In this document: positions 1 through 15,602 of the stretch, piece after piece
Numbering within the stretch: position 1 is the first letter of the stretch
Layout of the letters: every line of letters starts with the position of its first letter
Assembly: GCA_037834085.1 (NCBI GenBank)
Contig: JBBMKC010193942.1
Span: 1-36,850 of the forward strand
Length of the DNA: 36,850 bases
Source: Bipalium vagum
Taxonomy: Eukaryota
Reading direction: 5' to 3'
Program-made: the position numbers and the translations under genes
Notes under the pieces: model-generated
What the model was told of the DNA's origin: nothing
Database searches by the model: none
The model's input: only the letters and a program-made list of their open reading frames with translations

Positions 1-69
<69 letters not shown>
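1..69. repeat. (ATT)n microsatellite, truncated by window start
   Basis: Perfect attattatt... run from base 1 to about 69; lies in an intron of the minus-strand MPDZ-like gene. Confidence 0.98.
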
Positions 70-155
70 GATTATTGCTTATTATTATAATTATTTATAT
101 ATACATGTAATATCAACATATCGTAGAATTTAATAATAACAATCATAATAATTAC

Positions 156-3100
156 CTTTCAGCTAACGTTCCAGAAACAATTTCCTCAATAAATATACCG
201 TTCATTTGTGATGATCCTGAGAACTTAATAGAAAATCCAAGGCTTTGAGAAGAATTCTCTTTAATAATTTGAACAAATAATAACTCCCTAGTTCCACACA
301 TCTTTTTGAGTATTTTATTAAATTCCTCCTGTGATGGTGGCGATTTCTGAAAATATTTTTAAAATATATTTATTTCTTTCAAAATCAATTATGTATTACT
401 TTATTACATAAAAAGTTATACATTTTATTAGTATGAACATTATTATTACAATGAATTGTCAAAAATCATAGCATCATATCTTTATTGCCATGAATCACAA
501 GTAAAGCGAAATCTCCTTCCATAGATTAATCATACAAAAGATTAGAAAAGATTTTAATGAAAATATGCTAATTTTGATAATTATATTTAATGAATCTCCT
601 CTATAGGAGAGATTCAGTTTTGAATCACAAATAATTTCTACTTTCATTAACCAATTTTTAATCAATATGATAATAACATAATGATAAAACAATCAAATTA
701 TTGTGTTAAGTTATAAAATTTATTTGATAAGCTTAAGATTAATTTTATATTAAAAAATTTTCGAAAATTTTTGGATTAAATTAAAAATTGAAATCTCTAA
801 TTTTCAGATAAAATATTATTTCTTATCCATTAAAAATTATCAACATATTGAGTCTAGAATTTAATAAGTACAGTTATAAAATAATATCATTTTCCTTCTT
901 TTGAACTAAAATTTTTCTAAGGTACAAAATTTACAAAAAAATGGGACTTGCTAATTTAATTTAATTTTTATATATGAATTGAGAATCTGAAATAAGCTTT
1001 CTTTCATAATAAATAAAGCTGAAATATTCTGCCCCATTTCTTTATGAGCAATATATATGTATAGTGGAAACTACTTTTGGATATTATATTATTATAGTTT
1101 AAAACTTTAAGACTATCTTAAAAATTGATTTTCCTTCATTATTATTTGGTTTTATGGAATATAAGAAAAAGATTTAAATAACCAGAAAATAAAATATTTT
1201 AATAAAACCATTTCTTGGCAAGCTCTAAAAAAGAAAAATTATGAAAATTTTTTTTAATGAAGAAATCTGATGAGTTAAACTTAGCGTAAAATATTTTTAT
1301 CGGTTTTACTTCATATTATTTGAAATTCTTTAATTAATTAAAATAAAATATTTCCATAACACTTTTCTTTGAATTCCTGGCAAGACCTTCATATGATACC
1401 TCACTCTTCAATATTTCATACTAATGTTTCTTCACAAAAACTTCAATATTTAAGATACTTGTTAAAATTTACACTATACTTTCAAAAATGTTGTTATTTT
1501 CCCTATTTTCGTAAAAGAAATGCTGCTCTGAAACTTTCCGTTTCGTTTAGTAATAAATGACTTTTTCATCTAAAACTTGGAGTTATGTGTTTCCGAGAAA
1601 ACAACCAAATATTAGCTTTAAGAAATATTGGGTGTTCCATAAAGAATGGCGAACTTTTTAATTTCATTTATTCCGGTAATAATTTTAGATAAAGTTTAAT
1701 CAAGGAAGATGTTAATTGACGAATTAAAGTGAACTGTCAAACCAAAAAGGCAAGATATTGTCTTATATAGTTATAAAAATTGAACTAAAACGTTCAATCG
1801 CCTTATAAAAAAATTAGTGAGATTATTTTTCATAATAAAAATACATTTTATTATATAAAATTAAATGCTGAATCAACAAAAAAGTAAAACAATAGTCTTT
1901 TTCATTAGGTGCTAAAAATGAAAATTAAAACGTCCCATTCCTTATGGAACACCCGACATATTAAAAAGATTAGTTAAATTTCAAAAATAACATCAAGTTA
2001 TGAAAAGATCTATGCAAATGATTTTGGAAAACCAAGATTTAAAGTCACAGAAACAGTGCTTCAATTTTAAAAAAATTATGCAATCACTTTAATAGGTTTT
2101 TATTAAATTTATTGAAAGAAATTAAGAAAATATAATTGATTAATGTTACTGTATTAGTTTTAATAATATTTTCGATGGAGTATGACAAATTTCAATTTTT
2201 CAGAAAGATTTTTTGTTGAATTCTTTAATAAATCTATAAATACATTGCCAAATTTCTTTAAAAAATTATGAAAGAAAAACCATTTCTGGAAACTATCTAT
2301 TTTGATCTTTTAATGATCGTTTGAAAGATGATTTAATAAATAATTAAAACATTAGTAATTATTTAAATTGATATGTTTCCTTGACAACAAATGGAAAATC
2401 TTTCATCGATAAAAGTTCAAAGAGTATCAAAAATAATTTGTACTTTGTAAAATGGAAACATCATTAATCAGAATAAATTAAAATTAAATTAAAATCGTTA
2501 TTAATCAATTACATTTTGTCAACGAATGTGCAGATGATCCATCAGATTGATTACCATTTCACCAAAAAAAATAGGACGGTACAGTCAAACTAATAATCGT
2601 TCGATGGAAAATTTTGAAAACGATTTTCATTTTATAAAAAATTTTTGTGTTTTATATGAAAAAAAAACAAATAAATAGATAAAATTTCAAAATTTCAAAA
2701 TTTCAAAATTTGACGGGAAAATTGTTTGCCATGGCTCCAGATCAAAATATACATATAATCCTTACGGTGATCTCTGTACGAGACATAATTGTTGACAGAA
2801 GACCTCATAATGGATCACTGCTTCCTCGCGCTTACTTTAATCTGTCAGTGAAAATCTCAATTCAAGACAGCTTTTTCTTCTACAAAACCATTCCACTTCA
2901 CTAATTTTTCCATATGAAAAATTAAAAATAATCGATTTTCATATTAAAAAATCTTTCGCAAATATTCAATAATTTCTAGAATAAGATGAGAATGAAGCAA
3001 CAGAATCCAACCCGGATAATGTATAAAATAAGTAAAACGTATTATATGTAAAATGAGATTATTTGGCAGACATTTCCGGTTTGTCTTATCGTTCAAAAAT

Positions 3101-4027
3101 CAATGTGAATCCTCTATTTTTTTAAAAACTGAGAATTTTACAGATAACTTTGAGATAAGACAAAAAAATATGTCGTCAAATTTGGAAAAAGACAAACAAG
3201 AAAAAGATAACTTTTAGAATATGTTAAAATGTACTGATAGTTTTCAAATTAATTTTGATAAACAGAAAATTATATTTATGAAAGCTTAGGAGAAAGTATG
3301 GCAGAGATTTTTTATTATCTTTCCACAGAAATGTTACTAGGTTCGGTTAGAAGAATTCATTTTAATTATAACCTCAATTAATTTATAAACCTCAAGAAAG
3401 TGAAGACGGAGAAAAAAACAAAATGACATTTTAAACCGGTCTTAAATTTTCAAATTTTAAAAGTAATAAAAGGTTGAAGACTTTCATCGCATAAATGACA
3501 ATCAGCTTGATATTTTAATATAGATATAATAAAATGACAAAATAGACCATTTTATGAATAAAAAGATTTTGTGAGTGTGAAAAAAATCGTAATTGATTAC
3601 TTTTGGTGGTTTTGATTTCAATGAGCTTTCCTGAGAATCTTTAAGATTATTATTTAATGATTTATCAATTTTTATCAATCCATTTTCACTGTCCAAAAGA
3701 ATATCTTCGGGCCTAAGATCCTGTGGATATTTAATCAATGTCAAAACCTTCAAAAAGTAAGTTTAATAAATCAATTTACCTTTTGATTTTTCAGTGCTTC
3801 AAATGTCTTATGGATTCCAACTATTTTACTGAAAAAAGAACTTTCCAATACTGCAATTATTTGGTTTAGCTGTTTCAATTTACCGGTCTCATCGGATTTT
3901 TGAAGTTCCGATCGTAATTGATAGAATATTTTTAGGGCTCTTTGATTGTCTTAAAATATAATTTAAATTTTTAAAATCAATATATATAATGGAAATTAAT
4001 CAAAATATTACCATAATCCATTGACAT
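156..4027 (-). CDS. MPDZ: MPDZ/PATJ-like multi-PDZ scaffold protein, 5' part (L27 domain plus start of PDZ1); continues beyond window start
   Basis: Phase-compatible GT-AG exons on the minus strand: 4027-4012 (MSMDY), 3949-3780 (DNQRALKIFYQLRSELQKSDETGKLKQLNQIIAVLESSFFSKIVGIHKTFEALKNQK, matching the N-terminal L27 pattern of MPDZ/PATJ), 3720-3601 (an alternative in-frame acceptor about 27 nt upstream is possible) and 346-156 (EEFNKILKKMCGTRELLFVQIIKENSSQSLGFSIKFSG...NGIFIEEIVSGTLAE, a PDZ with SLGF carboxylate loop and GIFIxEI). MPDZ versus PATJ cannot be separated from this fragment. Confidence 0.85.
1626..1960. mobile_element. Mariner/Tc1-type MITE (about 335 bp) in the MPDZ-like intron
   Basis: Imperfect terminal inverted repeats of about 40 bp: gggtgttccataaagaatggcgaactttttaatttcattt (from 1630) versus the reverse complement of aaaatgaaaattaaaacgtcccattccttatggaacaccc (to 1954). 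Flanked by TA at 1626-1627 and 1959-1960; no coding capacity. Confidence 0.8.
2681..2711. repeat. 8-bp tandem repeat (AAAATTTC) x about 4
   Basis: aaaatttcaaaatttcaaaatttcaaaattt read directly. Confidence 0.85.
3061..3181. repeat. Small imperfect inverted repeat (mini foldback or MITE remnant)
   Basis: atttggcagacatttccggtttgtcttatc (3061-3090) versus the reverse complement of gataagacaaaaaaatatgtcgtcaaat (3154-3181). Confidence 0.55.
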
Positions 4028-4337
4028 TTTCGTAATGACGTTTCAAGAATAATTTAACGGAAAATAATTATAGAATAAATATTAAAATTATATTTGAAAA
4101 GTTTGGGGTAATATTTTAATTTATATAAACAAAGATTGAAAAGTATGTTAAATTTATACTTAGTACTTAAAGTACTATATTTAAATTAGCGTGTTTAATA
4201 ATAATTGTTAAAATATTAATAATCATTGATTTATTATATTTTCTAATGGCATTCAATAACTTCAAAGTAAAAATGTTTAAAATTATTTATTATTTAGGAT
4301 CTCAAACAAATTTATCAATAAAATAAAAATTTTAAGT

Positions 4338-5336
4338 AAAAGATTGAAAATATCAATTTCTAATCCTAATTACTCAAATATTTTCAAAATTAATGTGAAT
4401 TCTCAAACTTTGTAACTTAATAATATGTACTCGTGAAACTGGACATTTATGCTTTATATAAATTTCATAATGTAGAATCAAAATATATATGTTTAATGGT
4501 TTCTTTAGAAATTTATAGGAGGATTTTGGTAAATAGTGAAAAAATCAATTACTTCGTCTATTCTTAATCTAAAAACGGTTGATAAGTATACTTGAATACA
4601 ATTTTAAATTTTAAAATAATACTTATAATTATATTTTTCATTGTGTTTCGTACGTTCATTTTTGGTAAATCGATTTTCCAATTAATTAATTATTTTTCTG
4701 AAATCGAAATTTTTACCTTGATAAATATTTAATTTAACCATTTAATTGAAAATCTAAAAAAATATGATATTCTCAAGGAATAAACATCATTAGATAATCT
4801 TGATTAATGTAAAACTAATGGGAATCATTTAATGTTTTTCACCAAGATTATCATTATTGAAATTGAAATTCAGTTCGTTGTTAATATATTTCAAGTTAAA
4901 TAGAATTAAATATTTAATTACAGAAAAATATAATAATATATTTTATAAAACATATCAATGTTTAAAGAAAATGTCATATTTTGAAAATCAAATTACTTTA
5001 TGTAATATTTTAATTAAGAAACTTATAAGTTTAATCTTGTTTTTAAGAAGTTATTTTGTAATTAATCAATATATATCTAAAAATTGTTCATATATAATGA
5101 CTTTCGATTTTGTCTCTTTCGACATCATATCTGTTTTTAAATTCTTTTTAATTAACAACTATTTGTGTATCTATAAATTAATATAACTTCCCAAATATCT
5201 TTGACTTTAAAAATTTATATTATTTTAATAGTAAATCAATATTATGGATTTATTATTAAATTACAAAGTTTGAGAATTCACTTTTTTTGAAAATATTTGA
5301 GTAATTAGGATTTCAAATTGCTACTTTTTATTTTTT
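4338..5336. repeat. Long inverted repeat (arms about 4338-4425 and 5251-5336), probable foldback/MITE in the divergent intergenic region
   Basis: atcctaattactcaaatattttcaaaa...gtgaattctcaaactttgtaa(c/t)ttaataata is present on + at about 4363-4425 and on - at about 5311-5251, with few mismatches. Confidence 0.85.
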
Positions 5337-5445
5337 AATTTTAGACTGAATAATTAAATGAAACTGGCGAGTAGCCTTAAAAATATAAAATTTAATTAAG
5401 TTTATTTGAAATATGTAATAAAGTTGATAGAAATAAATCAGAATT

Positions 5446-5473
5446 TGTTTAACTACGGAGTTACCATGTTAAA
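5446..5473 (+). promoter_or_regulatory. Putative forkhead (FoxJ1-type) site and imperfect RFX X-box upstream of CFAP91
   Basis: TGTTTAAC at 5446-5453 and GTTACCATGTTAAA at 5460-5473 (good left half-site of GTTRCCATGGYAAC), 35 nt before the ATG of a motile-cilia gene. Confidence 0.45.
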
Positions 5474-5508
5474 ATAAGGTTTCTTTTTTAAAAAATTATT
5501 TAATAAAA

Positions 5509-9748
<4,240 letters not shown>

Positions 9749-10264
9749 TGATAACAATTGATAAGAATATTTGCAGTGTCATTAATAATCAATGACTGAA
9801 ATATATTTTTCACTATGATCTTCATAAGATGATATACGATTTCGTTGAGATGAGAAGTGAAAAGAAGACTTTCGTATATTATAAATATTAATTTTTAAAA
9901 TACACATTAAGAGTAAATAAACATAATTTTTTTTTCTTTATATTATTATTAAAAGGATTTTTGTTTTTAAAGTTTTCTCTTCAACGAAATTCTCTTGGGA
10001 TGTAATGTGAGAAATCTTTGTCTTATTAACTTCTCTATTTTCATATTTACTCATTTTTATATTTACTTAACTTTTATTTTAAAGAGTATTTTATTCGAAT
10101 TACTTTACATTATTTTAATTATCATATTAATATCCCTTTAGCAGATATTCTCATTGCTTGCTCATTTGACTTTAAGATTTTTTGATAATGTTATAGGGGT
10201 TCTCATTTTTATATTTGCATGCTTGCAAAATTATATGGGCATTGATTTTTATTTAATTTTCATT

Positions 10265-10450
10265 ATGGCTGAAGAATATATCAATCGTAGAAAAAGAACA
10301 TCGATAATGCATGAATTGTATTCAAGTATGATAAGAATGCCCACTAATGAAGCGACAAAAAATTGTCAGATTGCAGAAGATACTGGTTTACTTAGGAATA
10401 CAATAACGAAAATAACAAATAATCAAAGAAATAGCATTGAATTCAAAATA
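10265..10450 (+). mobile_element. Probable transposase N-terminal helix-turn-helix remnant (IS630/Tc1-like)
   Basis: MAEEYINRRKRTSIMHELY...KNCQIAEDTGLLRNTITKI resembles the first HTH of Tc1/IS630 transposases. It is followed at about 10451 by a mariner-TIR-like start (agggtgtttcaggaaaaa). No catalytic domain follows. Confidence 0.35.
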
Positions 10451-11199
10451 ATAGGGTGTTTCAGGAAAAATATACCAGGCCTGAATATGGGAATTAAGAT
10501 TATAAAAATAATAAAATGAAATGTTTCAACTATATATTTTTAAAATTATAATTCTTATAATACTTTTTCAAAATAGACAGAGGCAAATTAGTTTCTACAC
10601 CGAAAAATCCTAACATGGGAAAATATTTAATTCTTCAGTGTTTAATAAAATTTATAATAAAAAAAATTTGAAAAGTAAATAAAAATTATTTATTTTTCTC
10701 CTTTGCATATTTAAAAGTTATATTTCCACCAATCATTTATGATTAGGGTTTTAAAAATTATTCTGAAGATGTAAAAATCGAATATAAACAAATTAAAATA
10801 ACCATATGCATTTTTGTTTTAATGTGACATATTATGTTCTTTGAAATAAGAATCAGATATTCATAACTGAGGTAAATATGTTATGTTTTATGAAGAGTAT
10901 ATTAATTGTTAAATTTTTTTTCATTAATTCCACTTGACTGAGTGAGAAGTCCTTTTTCATATTTTATCACTTTGAACTGACAGGTTCTGTATACATAAAT
11001 GAATTATCTTTTCATTTACCGTTAATTAAGATAATTATACAATAATACCTTTTATAAAAAGAGAGCAATATGGAACATGTAATAATAGTTTCTTATTCTT
11101 CGTAATGCATAGAATAGTCATCTTTTCGAAATTATAATGAATTTTGAAGTGATGTTCAGTAGCTTAAAATAATTTGTACTACTGATCTCAAAAGATGAT

Positions 11200-11450
11200 G
11201 GTGCTGACTTTCTGGTTTCAGCAGGCATCACATAATATATTTTTGGTTTCGGATTTTCATAAAATATTCATTTTTCACCACAAGTAATAATGAGTTGTAA
11301 AATTGGCTTTTCTTTTGCCTGCTGAGCAGCTTCTGAAAAATGTCTAATCGTTTTGGGATATGTACTTTGTTTATTTGATGAAACAACCATTTCCTGAAAG
11401 TATCCTATAACTTTCTGCAGTACTTCTTTTGAGATAAAACTGCTAAACAA
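11200..11450 (-). mobile_element. Degenerate mariner (DD34D-type) transposase fragment
   Basis: The minus strand reads QQAKEKPILQLIITCGEK*IFYENPKPK, a decayed copy of the mariner FLxRIVTGDEKWIxYDNPK motif around the first catalytic Asp. Confidence 0.7.
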
Positions 11451-11949
11451 CGACTCCTACAAATATACTTTTTTAAGATAAAATTCCTCATATTAAATAG
11501 ATTGGTCTTCGTTTGCTGTACAACTTAGCTATATAGCTCAGCAAGGTTTCCACTTTTGCTATGTGGCTTAAAGTAATGTCTTTACCTTTTCCCATTCCAA
11601 ATAATGTAACTTTTCAAAAATGTGCTCTACAAACAAATATTAAATTTAATTAATGTTCTCATATAGAATTTTATTTCATTATTACAAAAAATAACATTAA
11701 AGGTACTTTATGCTTTAAAAATAAATATTTTATGACATAAATATAAAACATAGTGAAATCTGTTAAATTCCGGATTTGGACCAATGATGTTTCAAATCCA
11801 AAATTTGGTAATAAATTTTAGAATTTGACAATAATATTAATATGGTTTAATTTTAAAATGTCCAGATTATCGTTGTACATCTTCAATAGCTAATTACTTT
11901 ATATTAATATTCCAACAAACACCCACAAAGTTAAAATTTATACATTTTT

Positions 11950-11983
11950 CTAAGTGTCCCTAATAATATGGCAAGGGACTGTA
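11950..11983. mobile_element. Solo Tc1-like terminal inverted repeat
   Basis: The reverse complement reads TA-CAGTCCCTTGCCATATTATTAGGGACACT, a CAGT start after TA typical of Tc1 termini; no partner end was found. Confidence 0.35.
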
Positions 11984-12427
11984 ATATACCATTATGTTAA
12001 AATTTAAATATTAATACTTAAGTTAGTTAAAACAATCAGCGAGAATTAATGCAACTACCTAATAGAAATTTTAAATGGTAAGTCAGCTGAAATCAGAAAT
12101 AACGTAATATGTATCTCTAGGTAATTTACAGAAACGTTACTGTGATGTGTTAAGAATAAACCAGGGAATCAATTAAAGAAACTAATGTTTTTGTTTACTT
12201 GTTTTCTGAGTTTTATCATTTGATTGCAGTTTCCCTTATCTAGTAGATTGAAATGTAGTTTTTTGCAGAGGAACTTTTCACTTTCAAAATGAGATGTTAT
12301 TCTTTACTTTAATTAAAAGTTATTCAGTTTGTAATTATTATTTTTATGACTGACCCCCGTATATTTACTTTCATATTTTTGAAATATTTAAGGAATCTAA
12401 AGATTCAAAAAATTCATACAAAAAATA

Positions 12428-13760
12428 TACACTACCACTCAAAAATATTAGGTAGGTACTCACAATTCTAAATATAGTATGAAAACATCATATTTGTAAG
12501 AATCTACTTTGTCAAAAAAGTTTATTTAGATTATACAAATACTCTTGCTATTCATGTTAGTTCGCAAATCTCAGGTGCAATTTTTAATTTGATATACAGG
12601 TATTGATTTCAGAAACTAAAAAATACGTGAATGTCGAAATTTGAAATAAGATTCTTTCTTAACTGTTGCATTTATTTTTAGATTCCCCTATAGTTTTATA
12701 TTGTGTTATGTAACATGTAATTTTCATTGTTTTATCATATAGATTTATTTTTATTTATAAAGTGCATTTTCAAAGTAAGTTGTGCTTCTTTGCCATAAAA
12801 ATATAAATATTATAGACAAATGGTAAAAATAAGAGAATTAACTATAACAGAAAGATAAAGAATTCTGATTTATCATGAAGAGGGTTATTCTCAAGTTCAA
12901 ATTTCTTAGAAAATGGAAATTATCTAGATTGGCACTTCACAAATTTCTTGATCAACGATGTGATGAAGACAACCAGAGGTGCGAGAGACTAAGAAAAACG
13001 AACAGAGTGCAGGATAGAGAAAATAAGAAGAATTGCATATTAAATAGACACCTAATAGCTGGAATTATAGCTAAAAAATTTCAGGAAGTGAATGTCAGCG
13101 TATCTACAATAAAACACAGGTTGAACAATTTTTACTTGTACATTCGAGTAGCTACAAAAACTCTTTAATTTAGAAAAGTTTATAGAGCAAAATATCGAGA
13201 TTTGACTTTTGACCAATGGGAAAAGGTCCTATGGACAGATGAATCGAACTTCCATATTTTAGGTTCTCCTCGCTTAACATTCGTTCGGAGATTTTCTGCC
13301 AAAAGATATAAGGAAGTTTGGAGACAGTTCCGTTAATGTCTTGGTATGCTTTGAGGGAGAAACTATTGGCCAGCTGCATAAAATAGAAGGAACCATGAAA
13401 AAATAGGTTTATAAGGATATTTTGGAAAGGATGGTTAGGCCATCCATGAAACGATTATTTCAAGAAAAATATATATCTATGCATGACAATAATCCCAAAC
13501 ATAAGACCAAGATATGCAAAGCATTCTTTGAGGAGTTAGAATAACAGAATATCCTCGAAATAATGGAATAACCTCTTCAATCGCCAAAAACTGAACCCTA
13601 TTGAATTACTGTTCGATGAATTGGACAGAAAATTCGGCAATTACAGCCATTTTCAGAAAACTGTCTTTCGGAGACACTACAAGTGCAATGGGTTGCAATA
13701 ACACCAGAAATTCTACGGAAATTGCTTTATAAGAATGAAGTACAATTTGAAGAGTAGTTC
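12428..13760 (+). mobile_element. Decayed Tc1-like DNA transposon with DD38E spacing (Intruder-like); pseudo-transposase about 12820-13740
   Basis: Left end TA-CACTACCACTCAAAAATATTAGG at 12428. Frameshifted transposase: MVKIRELTITER*RILIYHEEGYSQ... EKVLWTDESNF... MHDNNPKHKTKICK...QSP-LNPIELLFDELDRKIR. Second D at 13485-13487 and E at 13603-13605 are separated by 38 codons plus 1 nt. Right TIR not found. Confidence 0.88.
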
Positions 13761-15602
13761 TAATGGAAACTTAAAAACATCTTAACTTATGCCTCATAGA
13801 ATATTCTCTTGTTTAAATATTCTATTTTTTATCTAATTTTTAGAGAGATAAATGAACATTGTTGTTATTTAATTATACGATATTTAATAATAAATACGCG
13901 CAAGTCAAAGACAATTAAAAAATTGATTAAGCAAAACAATGAATAATTGTTATGGCCAATTTCTGACAACTGAACGTTAATTTGTCTCTTTGTAAACCAA
14001 CATTCTTTCGTTAACTGACATTTTCAGGGTGAAATGAAATCTGAATTTGTTAGAGCTAATTTGTTATTAAAAACTATTACCTGAAATATTAGCTAAAAAT
14101 AGTATTAGAAAGTAATAGAAGTGAAAACTATAGATTTTTTCATCACTGTTATTGTTATTATTTATTATTATTATTCATTTTATTAATATTATCACTTATT
14201 ATTGGTGTTATTATTATTAATATTATTATTACTATTTTTAAAATCTTCATATTGTCATTAATTTTAGTTTTTTACCCTTACTTTTATTTTAATTATTTCT
14301 TAATAAAGTAGTTTAGTTAGACAACTTAATTTAGATATCAACCTTGAAATTATTTATATTTATTTACTCTGTTCATTCAGAAAATGATTAATTTCTCTTA
14401 GAAAATAGAATATTATTAAAAGACCTATCATTAATTTTCCAGTATAAATTAATTTAATTTAATTTTTAATAAGAAAATTATAATTTTCTTAGAAATGAAC
14501 AGCTCGTTTGCATTTATCAAAATTATACTTATAAATCGGAATGAAAATTGGAACATTTTGAAACACATTTCATAATATAGTCCCACAACTAATTTTGGTA
14601 ATTGACAAGACCTTTGATCCTTATATACCAAAATGTATATAAAGTGGTCAGAAACTCTCTAAATTGTTTAAAATTTTTTGGAAACATCATAAAAACATTT
14701 TAAAGAAATTCTGTTAAATTCTTTACTTAAATTCAGAGATAATTCACAGAATAAAAATTATAAAAATATAATATTTACTAATCATTTCCAAGGAATCGAT
14801 GAAGTAGTTATTAAGATAAGATGTTGACGCTTTTTCATTATTCTTAATTTATGTCACTTACAAATGTATTATAACTACATTTTGTTAATTATATTACCCT
14901 GTTATAATCGTTTTAAACTCATATATACGGTTTCGAAATAATATTATTTTCTGTATTTTTTAATATTATTAATAATAAAATAATAATACAAGTATTCTTC
15001 CCTAGGTCAATGAACCGCACATTTTATTAAGGTTGTTTTCTTCGTTACTTTTAATGGAACAAGATTAAATATTTTAAAGATTTATGAAAGTTGTAACAGC
15101 ATTCAAACAATAAATTAAATCTTTTGTTACTTTCAGATATTGATATAAGTGAACATTGTCTTCGCCTTCAATTTTAGCTCAATTTTTTAATGTATTTAAC
15201 AATAAAAAACTAATTCAAAAAGATGTTTAATTTTTATTAATTAATTAATTTTAATTTAATTATTTTTTAATTAAATTTCAATCTTAAAATAAAACAAAAA
15301 TGTATTCTTTTATTAAATTAATTTATCTGCTCTATTGAAAATGGTGAATAAAATAATTTACTAATTATACCAATATTATATTTAAAGCCGAGTGATAATA
15401 ATAATATGCAAAATTAATTGATATATTCAGTGTAAATAATATAAATGTTTAAAACGTGTGTCTTAGCTACAGAGAAAAGTTAAGCAAGCCTTATACATCA
15501 ATATATCATTACAAGTTAAGTGAAGCTATTTCTTGATAAATATTTGCTGTTTCATATTAATTTTATTTTTGATTACTTTATGAGTGCATCATCACTTTAA
15601 CA

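Noticed and set aside
1267-1312. Hammerhead-ribozyme-like CTGATGAG followed by a short stem
   Set aside because: The conserved GAAA is replaced by GTAAA and stems I and III cannot be built properly. The CTGATGA hits at about 18714 and 24631 and CTGACGA at about 19195 (-) fail in the same way.
4857-5186. 109-aa ORF and other F/I/L/K-rich short ORFs in the track (for example 495-692, 29728-30018, 35122-35437)
   Set aside because: Composition reflects AT-rich non-coding DNA; no motifs or splice support.
10743-10748. Isolated TTAGGG (also about 33523)
   Set aside because: Single hexamers, not telomeric arrays.
10451-11410. Possible TIR pair atagggtgtttcaggaaa / tttcctgaaagtatcctat
   Set aside because: Only about 19 bp with several mismatches, and the right copy lies inside the mariner coding remnant.
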